Part shown: piece after piece, positions 63,018 to 64,000 of the stretch | Layout of the letters: each line of letters begins with the position of its first letter | Position numbering within the stretch: position 1 is the first letter of the stretch | NCBI RefSeq assembly: GCF_018350175.1 | Contig: NC_058368.1 | Coordinates: 101,620,001 to 101,684,000, forward strand | DNA: 64,000 nucleotides | Source: Felis catus | Lineage: Eukaryota | Direction: 5' to 3' | The notes under the pieces: model-generated | Database searches by the model: none | Told to the model about the DNA's origin: nothing | Seen by the model: only the letters and a program-made list of their open reading frames with translations | Made by a program: the position numbers and the translations under genes

Positions 63018-63033
63018 CATAGTACTTATTTTA

Positions 63034-63380
63034 TTTTATTTATTTTTAAATATAATTTATTGTTAAATTAGCCGCCATAGAGTGTATACAGTGTGCTCTT
63101 GGATTTGGGGGTAGATTCCCGTGATTCGTCACTTACATACAACACCCAGTGCTCATCCCAACAGGTGGCCTCCTCAGTGCCCCTCACCCACTTTCCCCTC
63201 TCCCCTCCCCCCATCCACCCTCAGATTGTTCTGTGTATGTGAGTGTCTCTTATGGTTTGCCTTCCTCGCTGTTTGAAATTATTTTTTCCCCTTCCCTTCC
63301 CCCGTGGTCTTCTGTTAAGTTTCTCAAGTTCCACATATGAGTGAAAACATATGATGTCTGTCTTGCTCTGACGTATTTCT
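63034..63380 (-). mobile_element. Carnivore/felid L1 3'UTR fragment (5'-truncated insertion)
   Basis: TACAACACCCAGTGCTCATCCCAACA...GTCTCTTATGGTTTGCCT...TTCCACATATGAGTGAAA typical of carnivore L1 3' ends. Confidence 0.92.
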
Positions 63381-64000
63381 ATAGTGCTGATTTTAAATAA
63401 AATTCAGCATTTAAGGCTTCATCAGATCTGATTTTCTGCAGTTCGTCAGTTTCCCTTTGAATCTCTAGATCAAATAGGCCAAGGATTCTAACATTCTCCC
63501 CCCCCACCCCCACCCCCACCCCGCCCAGTGTCCCGGCTGCACAGGGATTGGTATTCAGTGAGGTCCGTGTGTGTTTAGTATTCACAGGGACATGTACACA
63601 TCAGTATAGTGAGAGCTAATGGACAGGGCCCCTTCTTGGGAAATGGGGGCTTTGGGCATTCTGAGCATGTTTCATCATTTGTAGAGAGACGAGAGCATCT
63701 GACACTCTGTGACCCCACAGAAATATAAAGTTGAGCCGCGCTGCGATGATTACCTCTCAAGCCTAGAAATGACAAAAACACAAGTCACCATCAAACAGAA
63801 TACAGATAGAAGAAAACCCTTCTAGCCGTCCCCCTTTCTATCTATGGAACACGTTTTGTTCCGTGGCAGCTGGTGGAGGGTTTACTTGGTGCTGTGACCG
63901 TTGTCTCTGTGGCTCTGGTTTTGTGTCCTCTCCCTCGCGTCTTAAAGGTGCATGTTTTTCTTAGAGTTGAAAGAACCTTCGCCAACTGGACTTCTTGCTG

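Noticed and set aside
1..64000. CRISPR arrays, operons or prokaryotic defence systems
   Set aside because: The sequence is mammalian; there are no regularly spaced repeat-spacer arrays or gene-dense ORF runs

Overview
This is mammalian nuclear DNA from a felid (cat family), not prokaryotic sequence. It carries about 45 carnivore tRNA-derived Can-SINEs, six of them near-identical young SINEC_Fc-type copies. It also holds many decayed L1 fragments, MaLR/ERVL solo LTRs, MIR/L2 remnants, hAT and Tigger DNA-transposon fossils, and microsatellites. I cannot support any intact protein-coding gene, RNA gene or CRISPR array; the ORF track is mostly SINE, microsatellite, L1-remnant or chance ORFs. The window looks intronic or intergenic. 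The most notable non-TE structure is an old, degenerate inverted (head-to-head) duplication. Arm A lies at ~26.15-27.5 kb (minus) and arm B at ~33.65-35.7 kb (plus), with possible inward extension to ~28.3 and ~31.3 kb. The arms share an exact 26-bp core and are dated by TE insertions present in only one arm. Several exon-like segments with good splice signals, CpG-rich islands and TE-poor blocks are reported as low-confidence candidates. Repeat subfamily names come from recalled consensus sequences and boundaries are approximate.
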